Below the pieces are notes generated by a model. That model was not told where the DNA came from. It saw only the letters and a program-made list of their open reading frames with translations, and searched no databases. Below, piece by piece: positions 1 to 10,641 of a stretch of 64,000 bases of DNA. The DNA is from Rebecca billardiae RCC1528 (lineage: Eukaryota; Protista; Haptophyta). Both the position numbers and the translations under genes were made by a program. The DNA is taken from NCBI GenBank assembly GCA_965240325.2, contig OZ251224.1:1054001-1118000 (forward strand), written 5' to 3'. Numbering within the stretch: position 1 is the first letter of the stretch; each line of letters starts with the position of its first letter.

Positions 1-276
1 AGCCCGCTGTCTAGCTACGAGACGGACGCCTCGCTCCGCTCGAAGGGCCCGAGCGGCGGCTCGTACACGTACGTGGACGCAAACGTTCCACCGGGCAGCT
101 ACCTGTACAAGGTGCAGGATGTGGCGGAGCGCACCAAGTTCACCACGGACGTGTGCCAGCGCGGGGTGGATATCCTCTCGAAGGAGGAGCAGTCGAGCAA
201 CCTCACGCTGCTCGCTGGTTTTGGCGTCGTGATGGCAGGGCTCTTCGCCGCGGGCCTGCTGCTTGACCCGCAGTGA
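1..276 (+). CDS. 3' end of an uncharacterised protein with a C-terminal transmembrane helix (partial; start lies upstream of the window)
   Basis: Frame 1 is open from base 1 (SPLSSYETDASLRSKGPSGGSYTYVDANVPPGSYLYKVQD...LTLLAGFGVVMAGLFAAGLLLDPQ*), with coding-like codon use and a hydrophobic tail. Confidence 0.7.
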   Translation, partial: SPLSSYETDASLRSKGPSGGSYTYVDANVPPGSYLYKVQDVAERTKFTTDVCQRGVDILSKEEQSSNLTLLAGFGVVMAGLFAAGLLLDPQ

Positions 277-751
277 GCGCCCTGCCTTCGTGCTGCTCGC
301 TCGCATCGGCCGTGCCCCGCAGCCGTCGGTGCCCACTCGATCCCGTGTACGCACGCTTGTGCAGTATCTGCCTCGACGAGCTCTCCCGCGACAGGCTTGC
401 GTGCTCGCCGATCGCTCATGAGTCCTGAGCTCGTGCTAGCTCCACCTGTGGTGAGCGGCGGCGCCGTGCGTTCGGCGCGGCCGCGGATCGCCGATCGGGC
501 CACGCGGCGGACGCGCGCTTCGGCTGGCCGATCACCCTGACAGAGGGCCGTGGCTATGGCATCCCTGTCAATGGTTCAGACCACGGTAGTAGCCATGTAC
601 CGCGCACTCAGGTTTACCACCCAGTCCCCGATCGTGCTCCAGATTGGCGGCCAAGCTTCCCGATTGTTGATTGAGGCCAAACTTTTTGACGGTGGGCGGC
701 TGAGAGGGTGAGAGGAGAATCGGTGTTGACGTGGATGACAGTCAACCGATA

Positions 752-804
752 CAGTTTACTAAGAATAAGAGACGCACACAGCTCAGGCAGGCGAGATTGA
801 CGCC
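752..804 (+). repeat. Short dispersed repeat family A (CAGTTTACTAAGAATAAGAGACGCACACAGCTCAGGCAGGCGAGATTGACGCC), MITE-like
   Basis: Exact reverse complement of 8258-8310; variants at 8119-8154, 17353-17404 and 25418-25462; preceded by TA. Confidence 0.85.
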
Positions 805-943
805 AGTAGTAGTACAGTACTACCTAACTGAGTACCTAGACTGTACCACTGGGGGTATGAACGTGTAGGTCAACGTCAAAGTCCCGGCCAAAAGCACGGC
901 CAAATTCAAATCCCGAGCGGAATTTGCGTGCATAACTGTCGCC

Positions 944-3224
944 ATGGGGGACAAGGAAGCGATCGTCGAGCGGCTGAGCGGGGTCGTCATAGGCGACCTC
1001 TCGGGCTCCGACTGCAACGAGATCGCCGCGGCGATCGGGCGGCTGAGCGGCGAGAAGCCTCCCACCAAGATCGGCCAGAAGCGCGTGTACATCGAGGACT
1101 GGTTCAACACCAACAAGGCGGCGTTTGCGCCGGTCGGCGGTGGCGGTGGCCGAGCGAGCAATGCGGCGCCACCAGCAGGCGGGGGTGGGCAGCTCTCGCC
1201 GAGCCGAGCGCCCCCGCCGCCACCCGTGGCTGCCCCCATCGGCAACGGCGCGCCTCCGCCCGGCGGCTCGAACGTCGCCAACACGCCGCCGCGCATGGGT
1301 GGCGGGCACCCACCGTCGGTCGGCGCGAGCTTCGACGCGCCCGCTGGCATGGGCGCGCCCGGCGGCGGCGGGGGCTCGCAGCTGCCCCCTCTCGAGTCGG
1401 TCGACACGATCCTCCGCGCGATCGCCCAGTTCCGCGGCGGCGAGATCCCGATGGTCGACGTGCACACGATCGCGTCCGCCATCCAGCGGTTTGACCACAC
1501 GCGCCCGCCCGGCTCGATCGCGCAGAAGCGCGTCTACATCGACGACTTCTTCCAGGCGAAGACGGGCGGGCAGTTCGAGCTGGGTGGCGGCGGCGGCGGC
1601 GGCGGTGGCGGTGCGGGCGTCGCCCTCGGCCTCGCGCCCGCCGCGCCCTCGCCCGCGCGGCCGGGCAGCGCGGCGCCGGTGGGCGCGGCTCCCGACCTCT
1701 CAAACGGCGAGGCGCTGCTGGGCGCTGTGCACGCGCGCATCGTGCAGGGCGGCGGGTGGATCGCGACGATGGACGAGGCGATCCCGCTGGCGCGCGCGGT
1801 GTACAACTTCACGAACATGCCGACCGACGGCTCCGACCCGCAGACGTACGTCGCGGACTGGTACAACTGGGTGCGGCACACCTCGCAGCCGCTGCCGCCG
1901 CCGGCCGTGCCGCCGCACGACGACTCAGCGCAGCTCGCGCTCGACGCGGCCGGCGGCGGCGCCGAGTCGGACTCGCTGCGCCGCGAGATCGCCGAGCTGA
2001 ACTACCAGGTGCGCGCGCTGAAGGACGGCGGCGCGGCGCCCAAGCCGCCCGGCGCCGCGCCCGACGGCGGCAAGGAGAACGCGCTGTGGGCGATGATCTC
2101 CTCGCTGAGCAACCAGGTGCAGAGCCTGTCGAGCCAGGTGGCCAACACGAGTGAGAAGCACTCGCAGCAGCAGCAGCAGCTGATGCAGCAGCAGCTGCTC
2201 TCGCAGCAGCACATGGCGCAGCAGCAGATGGCGGCGATGGCGCACATGGCGGGCAGCTCGCGCACCGCCGCCGCCTCCTCCTCCGCGCCAGCCATCACGC
2301 TCGCCGAGCCGCAGCCGTCCGGCGGCGCGGCCGGCGCGGCCGGCGCGCCGCCCGAGCCCGATTCGGCCGAGCGCCAGCCCTCGCCCTCCAAGCAGGGGCC
2401 CGCGCCCGGCAGCCCGGCGGACATTGAGCGGCAGCTGCTCGAGTACCTGGCCAAGTTCTACGACCACGGGCGCGACGTGCCGCTCGACACGCTGAGCAAG
2501 GTCCGCGCGTGCGCCAGCCACCGGGCCACCGGGCGCGACGCAGGGGGGGCGGCGGATGCGCTGCGCGCCGAGCGCGCGCTCACCTCCGCGCCGCCACGCC
2601 GCTGCTCACGCGGCCCCGCTCCCGCCCGCCTGGCCGCACGCGCGCGCGAGCAGGTGTGCGAGCACATCTGCGAGCTCACCGGGCGCGAAGTGCCGAGGCA
2701 CGTGCCCAAGAAGCGCGAGCTCGCGCGCAACTGGTACGAGCTGCACAAGCAGCAGCAGGACGCGGCGGGCGGCAAGCGTGTGCTGCGCGAGAACCGGGGC
2801 TCCCCCATCACAGGCGAGCCCGAGCGGCCGAGCACGGCGCCGCCTCGCCCCGGCATGGCCGGCGAGATCGACCCATCGCACCTGCCCACGCCGCGCAACC
2901 AGCCGCAGCTGCTCGAGCTGCTCGACAAGCTGATGGGCGGCGACCCTGAGTTCGACTTGCCCCTGAGCCTGGTGCGTGCGCCGGCGCGCGTGGCGCGGCC
3001 GGGCCGTCGGACGCGAGCGCGCGCCCCGGGGTGGCGCGCCCGCGCGGCGGCTGCTTGACCGGTGTGGCTGCGCCCGCGCGACGCCGCTCGGCGCGTCACA
3101 GGTACCCAAGGTCTCGTCGAGCATCGCCGAGCTCTCGAACAAGAACGCGCCCAAGCTGGTGCGGGACAAGCGGGACTACATCAAGGAGTACTACCAGAGG
3201 CAGCTCACGATCGCCGGCCGCTGA
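944..3224 (+). CDS. Uncharacterised protein with five copies of a ~30-aa helical repeat, a coiled coil and Gly/Pro/Gln-rich linkers; exons 944-2500, 2654-2971, 3102-3224
   Basis: ATG at 944. GT-AG introns 2501-2653 and 2972-3101 join LSK|VCEH and LSL|VPKVSS. Repeats include IAAAIGRLSGEKPPTKIGQKRVYIEDWF and IASAIQRFDHTRPPGSIAQKRVYIDDFF. Confidence 0.8.
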
Positions 3225-3783
3225 GTACATACTCACTACTACAGACAGTGGGGGGCCTCAGTGCGCCCGAAGCTTAGGAGCGGAGCGCGCACGGCAGGCA
3301 GCTGTCGTCACACAGCGCGCGCACAGTCGGGCGAGACCCGGCGCTTGCTTGGTGCCGTGCGTGCACGGCGAAGGATATTTGGACCTCAGCTTGCAAATTG
3401 GTACAGTATGCGCCGTCAAGAGTTGCTGAGCGGCCGCTGGCGCTGCGGCCGCGTGGAGGCGCCACGGGCACGGTGGCCAGGCGGCGGCTCCCGCTCCGCT
3501 GTTCGGCGTCAGCCGTGCGCTTGACGCGCATGACCGTCCGCAGCTCTGTCGTCCCGGGGCCCGGCGCGGGTGCGGGCTCACTGCACGGCGCGGCGCGACG
3601 GCGCCGCATCACGGATCATGCGATTTGCGAGATAAAACCCGATGACCGCGTTGGCTGGGAGATAAGACCCAATGACCGCCGGCCCATATGGGGGTATAGG
3701 TACACCTCATCAGAATAAATAATCATAATAATATATCCGCTCCGGACCGCTCATGATCACCACGCAATAACATACTACTACAT

Positions 3784-3843
3784 CAGTTTATTTGTTTTAA
3801 CGTGCGTAAGGCTCAAGGTGGCAGGTTGCCGCGCCATCCTTCA
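3784..3843 (+). repeat. Short dispersed repeat family B, truncated copy
   Basis: CAGTTTATTTGTTTTAACGTGCGTAAGGCTCAAGGTGGCAGGTTGCCGCGCCATCCTTCA is near-identical to 59348-59407. Confidence 0.85.
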
Positions 3844-4021
3844 GTAGGACCATAGTCCATAGTCCATACTGCTCCATACAGTCTGATGTACATCATCTGC
3901 CATTATTCATCTGCCGATAAATTTCATCTCGATCTGAGTATATATATAGTTATAGCAGCAGCAGTGAGGCGCAGTGCCAGATCGTATCGTCATCAACTAC
4001 TCACTCTCGTCTGTGAGCTGG

Positions 4022-6649
4022 CTAGTACGACGCATCTGTGCGCGTTTGGGTCACTGCGCTGCGCATCTCTTCGAGCATGCCATCGAAGAGCTCCTCGCGC
4101 TCGTCCCCTCCGCTCATCTGCGCGACCACGAGCATCTGACCAGTCAGTTCGCAAATGCGCTGCTTTCGCTCGTCTGCAACGAGATAGCTCGTGCCGTCGC
4201 GGACCTCAGATCCAGGCGCGCCGGGGCACGCGGTAGCCGATACGTGCGCCACGCCGTGCAGCTGCGCCGCTGTCGCGCCAGCTGGATCGCCTGCGCGCTG
4301 GCCAGAGGGTACGGTGCGCGGCTCGGGTTGAGGCGGATGCTCGGTCCCGGGGCCAGCTGCGTAGATTGCGCAGGCGCGCGCTGACCCCAGCTGCCGTTGC
4401 CGCTGCATCTGCAGGGTAGTAGATGGTGATGGGTGATGGGGTGACCCCGAGCATGACGCAGCACCACCGTGCACACTGCAATTGATGCTGGCGCTGCCAC
4501 CACGCGCGCCGCCTGCGTCCATTCCGTTGTTGTTGTCCGTCCCTGGGAGATCGCCAGCTCCCTCGGCCTGCGCGCAGAGCGTGCGAACCGCACCGGGCTG
4601 CGCCTGCCGCGCGGGTGCGCGCGAGTTGATGTACCCGAAGAGGTTCAGCTGCGCGCCCGTTGGCAGAGACGAGCGCAGCTGCTGCACGCGTGGCTCGTCG
4701 AGCTCGTGATCAGCGTTTTTCTCGGCTGCTGAGGTGCCCGTACGGAAACCGTGCTCCCGCTGCAGCGATGCGACAGTCACGTCGTTGCGGCCACTAGGAG
4801 CAGCAGCGAAGCTGCTGCCGCCGCACGCGCCGCTGGCAGGGCGGCCCGCCTGATGTTGCGCGTGTGCGCTGCCATCTGCCCTGGCCATTGTCGACGCGTT
4901 GGCGGTCGTCGTGCAGCGGAGAAGCAGTGCTCCATCAGGTTGCCACCATGGCTGCATCATTGATGGCGGGCCGAGGGGCATGGCGAGCGGGGCATGGCTG
5001 GCCTCCACCCGGCCGGTGCTCATGGAGGGGAGGTCGGCATCCCCCCACCGCTGCTGCTGCTGCGCATGCATACGGGCCACACCCACCCTGCTGCGCACGT
5101 GCTGCGGCGGCTGCCCCGTGCTCGACTGCGGCAGTTGCATTCCCTCATCAAAGACAGGCGGCGGCGGCGGCTGCTGCTGGTACTGCCCCTGCATATGCTG
5201 CCCGGGGAGCGGTTGCTCCGATCCAGTGTACGCCAGCTGCGTCGCACCGATGTCCGCGCAGCCAATATTATTGCTCTGCTCATGCGCTGGACGTGGTGGC
5301 AGCGCGCGCGCAGGCAGCCCCGTGGTCAGCAGCTGCTGCCATTGATTTGCGCCGGGCAGAATCGCAGCCAGCCGCCGCCGCTGATCCAGCACCGCTGCCA
5401 TGTTGGATGAGGTGAACGCCGTCAAGCTTGAGCTCACAGGGCCGTACGGCCCTGGCTGCTGGGGGCGTACGCCCGCCAGCCCGCCGGGCGACGGTTGTTG
5501 TGTGAAGATGTGCGCCGACGAATCATCGAGGGCTCCGTCCATTCTCATCGGGTTGGCGCCACCCTCGACACTGGGCACGCCGAGTCCCAGCCCGAGTAGC
5601 GCGCCAACGGGATACCCGGCGGCACTCCCCACCGACGAGACAGCAGCGCATACCCCACGATCGCTGCTGAGCGGCATCCGCGGCGCCCCCGGGCATGCCA
5701 ACCCTTGCGACCCACCGTGGATGCTGACCCTCTGCCGAGTAAGCGAGTGGTACCGATTCTTGATCGAGTGCCCGTTGCGCTCGGGGAGCAGGTCCCGGAT
5801 GCGCGACCAACGCTGCGACAGAACCAAGCGTGGGCCGGCGCGGGCACGGGACGGCGTGGTCTTAAGGGCACACACAGCGGACGCGGGACGGTGCGCGGAG
5901 GCCGCAGGAGTTGTTGGCGCTCAGTCCACAGCGAGGCGCGCGCACACCAGACCCAATTGGTTCACCGCGTGCAAAATCGTCTCGTCCTCCGCCGCCGACC
6001 AGTTGCCCTTCTTCATAGCTGGGCCAAGGTGACTGCGCCAGCGCTCGCGGCATTGCCAGTCCTTCCGATCACCTGCGCCCATACCCGGGGCCGGCGCGCA
6101 GACAGACAGGTGGGAGCAAACAGCATATCCAATCAGTTGCGTGCAGAGAAAGTGCAGATGCGCACACGGGTTTGCTTCGCCCGCGTGATGAATCACCGCT
6201 CAGCAGGCAGCAGACGTACCCATCTCCTCGGCGATCTGCGCCCAGCGCTTGGCGCCGAGCCTGCCGACCACCTGCGAAATCACACAGGGCAGGCGGGGCC
6301 GGTGAGCGAGCAGGCCGCATCCGAACGTGACGCGTCGCGCACACGTGCATCCGGTGCGCAAGGGCTGTGAGGCGAGCGTCCGTGCGCTCGTATCAGTAGC
6401 CCACAGAACAGAGCACCCCTCACGCAGAGAAAGCCCACTGCGTCACCCAGTCGGTGCTCGCGCCGCGCGCACCTCTCGCAAGCGCTCATCCTCCGCCGCG
6501 GACCACGTGCGCCTTGTCGACGCCTGCCCTCTCCTGTGAGAGCTGGTCTCCCCGTCTTTGTCGGCGGCCTCGACCTCGGCAATGCCTGTCTGTACGTGCC
6601 TTCCGTCGTCCTCGCCACCGTCGTGCAAGCCCTCCGAGTCCTCCTGCAT
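4022..6649 (-). CDS. R2R3-MYB transcription factor; exons 6649-6473, 6271-6220, 6072-5948, 5812-4022
   Basis: Splicing reconstructs RRTWSAAEDERLRE|VVGRLGAKRWAQIAEEMG|DRKDWQCRERWRSHLGPAMKKGNWSAAEDETILHAVNQLGL|RWSRIRDLLPERNGHSIKNRYHSL, i.e. two Trp-spaced MYB repeats. All three introns are GT-AG. Confidence 0.9.
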
Positions 6650-6797
6650 CGCCCTCTTGATCACCGTGATCGGTAAGGTGTGCGAGTGTGCGACGGGGGT
6701 CGTGTCCAAACAGTACTCACAACATGCCGATCAGACATCCTGTCTACCCGGCGAAGAACTCTCTCCAGTCGACGATCGAGAGTTACCACAGCAGTCG

Positions 6798-7873
6798 GAG
6801 GCCACTTCACCGAAATCCAGGTTGGGGAGGATCTCCGCTGCACTGGTGGGGAGGATGTCATCCTCCCCGCTCGCCGCGGCTGGGGAGGATCTCCGCCGCG
6901 CTGTTCGGTCTTTCGCCGCTGACAAAACTATCGAAAACGAAAGTCGCGCCATGGCGGACCCGGTGTTCCCGCCCGGCGGCGAAAGGGGCGCGGGGCCGGT
7001 GGCTCGCGATCCGAAGGGCAGTAGCTCGCGACCTCGCTTGGGCGGCGGCAGCGGCGCTGTGGCATGGCGTGTACCATCCGCGCGGCTGTGCGCGATCGCG
7101 CGGTCCCGTTCGTCGCCACGCCGCGCGCGACCGTTCACGCCACAGTCTTTCCGCACTGGCATGCACCCCTTGCAAGCGCATGACGGCGGAGAGCTCAGAG
7201 AGCCCGTCACGCGCGTGACGACCGTGTGGGATGGGTTGTACAACTTGTCTTCATGTTCAGGGAGGCACGCGCCGGCCCATGAGGCGGGCATGAGGATCAT
7301 GGACGGCTGCTGTACTGTTCACAACTCCATGGCCGTGTGGCAGGCGATGACTCATCTTGCAGCAGTTAGGAATGGTCTGGACGTTGGATGGGCTCATCAG
7401 AAAGCCTACGAAGGGCAGCCTACATATCGGCACAACCCATCCCACGCGGTCGTCACGCGCGTGACGGGCTCTCTGAGCTCTCCGCCGTCATGCGCTTGCA
7501 AGGGGTGCATGCCAGTGCGGAAAGACTGTGGCGTGAACGGTCGCGCGCGGCGTGGCGACGAACGGGACCGCGCGATCGCGCACAGCCGCGCGGATGGTAC
7601 ACGCCATGCCACAGCGCCGCTGCCGCCGCCCAAGCGAGGTCGCGAGCTACTGCCCTTCGGATCGCGAGCCACCGGCCCCGCGCCCCTTTCGCCGCCGGGC
7701 GGGAACACCGGGTCCGCCATGGCGCGACTTTCGTTTTCGATAGTTTTGTCAGCGGCGAAAGACCGAACAGCGCGGCGGAGATCCTCCCCAGCCGCGGCGA
7801 GCGGGGAGGATGACATCCTCCCCACCAGTGCAGCGGAGATCCTCCCCAACCTGGATTTCGGTGAAGTGGCCTC
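6798..7873. mobile_element. Foldback/MITE-type non-autonomous element with ~442-bp inverted arms (6798-7239, 7432-7873), 192-bp spacer, GAG...CTC termini and 5-bp TSD AGTCG
   Basis: The arms are near-perfect reverse complements. AGTCG lies at 6793-6797 and 7874-7878. Confidence 0.9.
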
Positions 7874-8118
7874 AGTCGCCGAACCATACACAACCATTGA
7901 CACAACATCAAGAATAATGCGCGAGGATATGATAGGCTGATAGCCGGGACGATCTGAGATAAATACTCACATCATCAGGATGTGTCTTATGCTGTTCCAT
8001 TTTTGCAACGTCGTTGCCAACTTTAATGTACTGCAGCCCTCGTCCAGGCCTCGCAGGCGGACGGCTGAACGAATTTTTCCGGCGGCGCTACCATCGGCGA
8101 CGGCTTCATGGGCGGTGA

Positions 8119-8310
8119 CAGTTGGCGGGCGTCAATCTCGCCTGCCGTAAACTGTAGCGGGGTGATTGCTGATTGAGTATGTGTGTGCGCACGATGATGA
8201 AGGTAATTAATGATGCATCATGATTCATGATGACGGCGCAGTTGGTGACAGTTGGCGGGCGTCAATCTCGCCTGCCTGAGCTGTGTGCGTCTCTTATTCT
8301 TAGTAAACTG
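8119..8310 (-). repeat. Two copies of repeat family A (8119-8154 internally deleted; 8249-8310 full, CAGTT...AACTG)
   Basis: Both begin CAGTTGGCGGGCGTCAATCTCGCCTGCC and end GTAAACTG followed by TA. Confidence 0.8.
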
Positions 8311-8601
8311 TACCCCCATAGGTTTATTCTTATTATAGCTACCTAATGCATCATGATGACTGCACGCGTCCCGTGCCCTCCCTCTGCGGCAGCAGCGGGG
8401 AGTGCGGCACGCAGCGCGCGACCTTGTGCACGTGCGGATGGAATAATGGGCATGACCGCCAAATCCCATCGCCCCTCCCTCGGGCCGCCTTCGCACAGTC
8501 GGGAGTGCGCGCTCACGCGACACGCGAAGCCCAGCGCCAAACCGTCGACGCGTGAACCCGCCCCGTGCGCAGCCCTGCTGCTCGGCCTCAGGCCCGCGCA
8601 C

Positions 8602-8660
8602 CGCAGCTGACTGTGCGAGCAAGCGGGATGCGCGTCCGGAGGCACGTGCAGGCGCGCTCG
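8602..8660 (+). repeat. Dispersed repeat C, matching 18891-18952 in inverted orientation
   Basis: CGCAGCTGACTGTGCGAGCAAGCGGGATGCGCGTCCGGAGGCACGTGCAGGCGCGCTCG aligns with the reverse complement of 18891-18952 with a few mismatches and indels. Confidence 0.7.
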
Positions 8661-10641
8661 GGGAGCGCGGAGCGCGAGGGCGAGACCAGCGGCACTGCGG
8701 CAGGCCAGCCCCCGCCGGCCGCCACCACCGCTCACAGGCACACTTGCTTGCAGGCGCGCCCACGCGGCGCTTGAAAAAACACCGATGTCCTCGGAGCGCA
8801 CACCTGGTACGTCCCCAACCGGAATGGCCACGTGCCTACCCCCACGAATACTATGCCCGAGGGGCATTGACCCCGGCGTGCGTTGCGCATCTACGACCGC
8901 AGAGTGCGTGACGGAGCAGAGACGCGCACCGCCGAGGATGGATGGCAACCCGCGCTGGTGGTCGCTCACACTGCCATGTGGTATCACGCGGCTGACGCAA
9001 TCTATCGCTCGAGCGACGGCCGAGCCGAAGGATGCCGGTTCTGCTTCTCCACAGAGAACCTTTGCTGGTGGCAGCCGGCGGGGCAAGGGAGGTGGTGGCG
9101 CGCCTCCTGCTGCAGTGCTGCTCCCCCGCACACTACCGCCCAGCGCGCGACGCGCAAGGCGCAAGCCGGCCCCGCGGGTGCGCCCGCGCCTGCGCAGGGC
9201 TCGGACTCGGAGGTGCTGCAGACGAACGACGAGCGGCAGCACTCTCAGAAGCAAAAGAAGAAGCCTCGGCGTGGGGAGCGCGGGCGACGGCGCGGCGCCG
9301 AGGGCCGACAGATTCGTTCTCCATCGAGCCGTCACTCCTCGACGCGCCGCGCCGTCATCGAGGAAGGAACGCCAGGCGCGCAAGGCGGCGCGGCTGGCGT
9401 CGACCGCTGCACCCGCGCCAGTCCCTGCTGCCCCCCTCCACGTGGACCGAGACGCGCCTCCGGGCGACGACTTGAACGACGAGGAGGAGCTGCAGCAGCG
9501 GGTGAAGCGCTCCCTGGACGCCGCAGCAGCGCATGCCGCCGCCAGCCAGCCAGCCAGCTGGGTCGAGCGGCAAGCAAAGCGCGCTCGTGGCCGCCCGGGG
9601 CGCACGGGGCCGGGTGGACCAGCTGCTAACAGCGGCTGAGACTGCCAGCTGAGATCCGGTTCTGCACCCTTGCCCTCGACCGGCCGGGCACAGCAGGTCC
9701 GCATGCGAGCCGCGCAGCGCAGGTGGATCACGCTCCAGCAGCTCAAGCCCGCCTGCTCATGCCATGCGGCTATTCATCATATCATCAGTATATTCGATCG
9801 CGGTCGGTCACAGGCAGTGCTATGCTACTCAGCTAGGTGGTGCTCTGGCTGATGCCGCTGATCCTGATGCTCTGTATCATAGTCACCAAAGCGTCGTCGC
9901 CAGCAACATAGATTAACGACGTGGTATGCAACGGGCAGGCGTCAGAGTCAGCAAGCTGTAGCAGCAGATCGAGCAGCACAGACAAACACCAGGATCAGCG
10001 CTCCTCGCCGTCCTCCCCTTCCCCCCCTCGTAGCCGCCTATCACTCCATCGCCGAGCGGAAGCTCGAAGCACCGTCTGGCGTCGACGCGCGCGCGCCACC
10101 GCGTTGGCGGGTGGTCGCGGTGCCACGTGTCCGGTCAGCCCGTCGACTCGAAGTAGTCGTCGTACGCAGCGCCCCCGCGGGCGCGTGCCCCCGGGCGCAC
10201 GTGTGCCATGCGCGCGCGGGCGATGAGCAATATTAACGACGTGGCGATGAGCAATATATATATATATATAATATAGTTATTATTTATTATGATGTATAAT
10301 TATTTGTATTGCTGACGCGATAGTATCGCCGGGGCACATCATTCATCAAGTTCAACTGTCGCCGACGAATCAGAAAGCCGACCTACTCGGCTACCTGCGC
10401 GCGCCGTCGTTAATAAATCATCGCGCATACGACATCACACAGCACACACACACGGGCAGTCGCCGGCGCTTGCTGCTCCGGCTATCATCGCGCATACTGA
10501 GTGACTCGCATGCACCGGCGACATGCACGTCCGCACCCGGCACAGAGTCACAGAACGTGGCAGCGTCCGGCACCGCTGCGCGACGACGATCTGCTGATGG
10601 CGAGCTCCGCTCCTACGCCAGCGCTTGGCTGCGCGGACGCG

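Noticed and set aside
6558-7940. 460-aa ORF and mirror-image ORFs across the foldback
   Set aside because: These are artefacts of a GC-rich palindrome: identical peptides appear on both strands and there are no domain motifs.
752-8310. Exact 53-bp inverted repeats at 752-804 and 8258-8310 (also 17353/25462) taken as TIRs of a composite transposon carrying genes
   Set aside because: The unit at 8249-8310 has its own CAGTT...AACTG ends and occurs five times. The enclosed genes are ordinary host genes with no transposase, so independent mini-MITEs are the simpler explanation.
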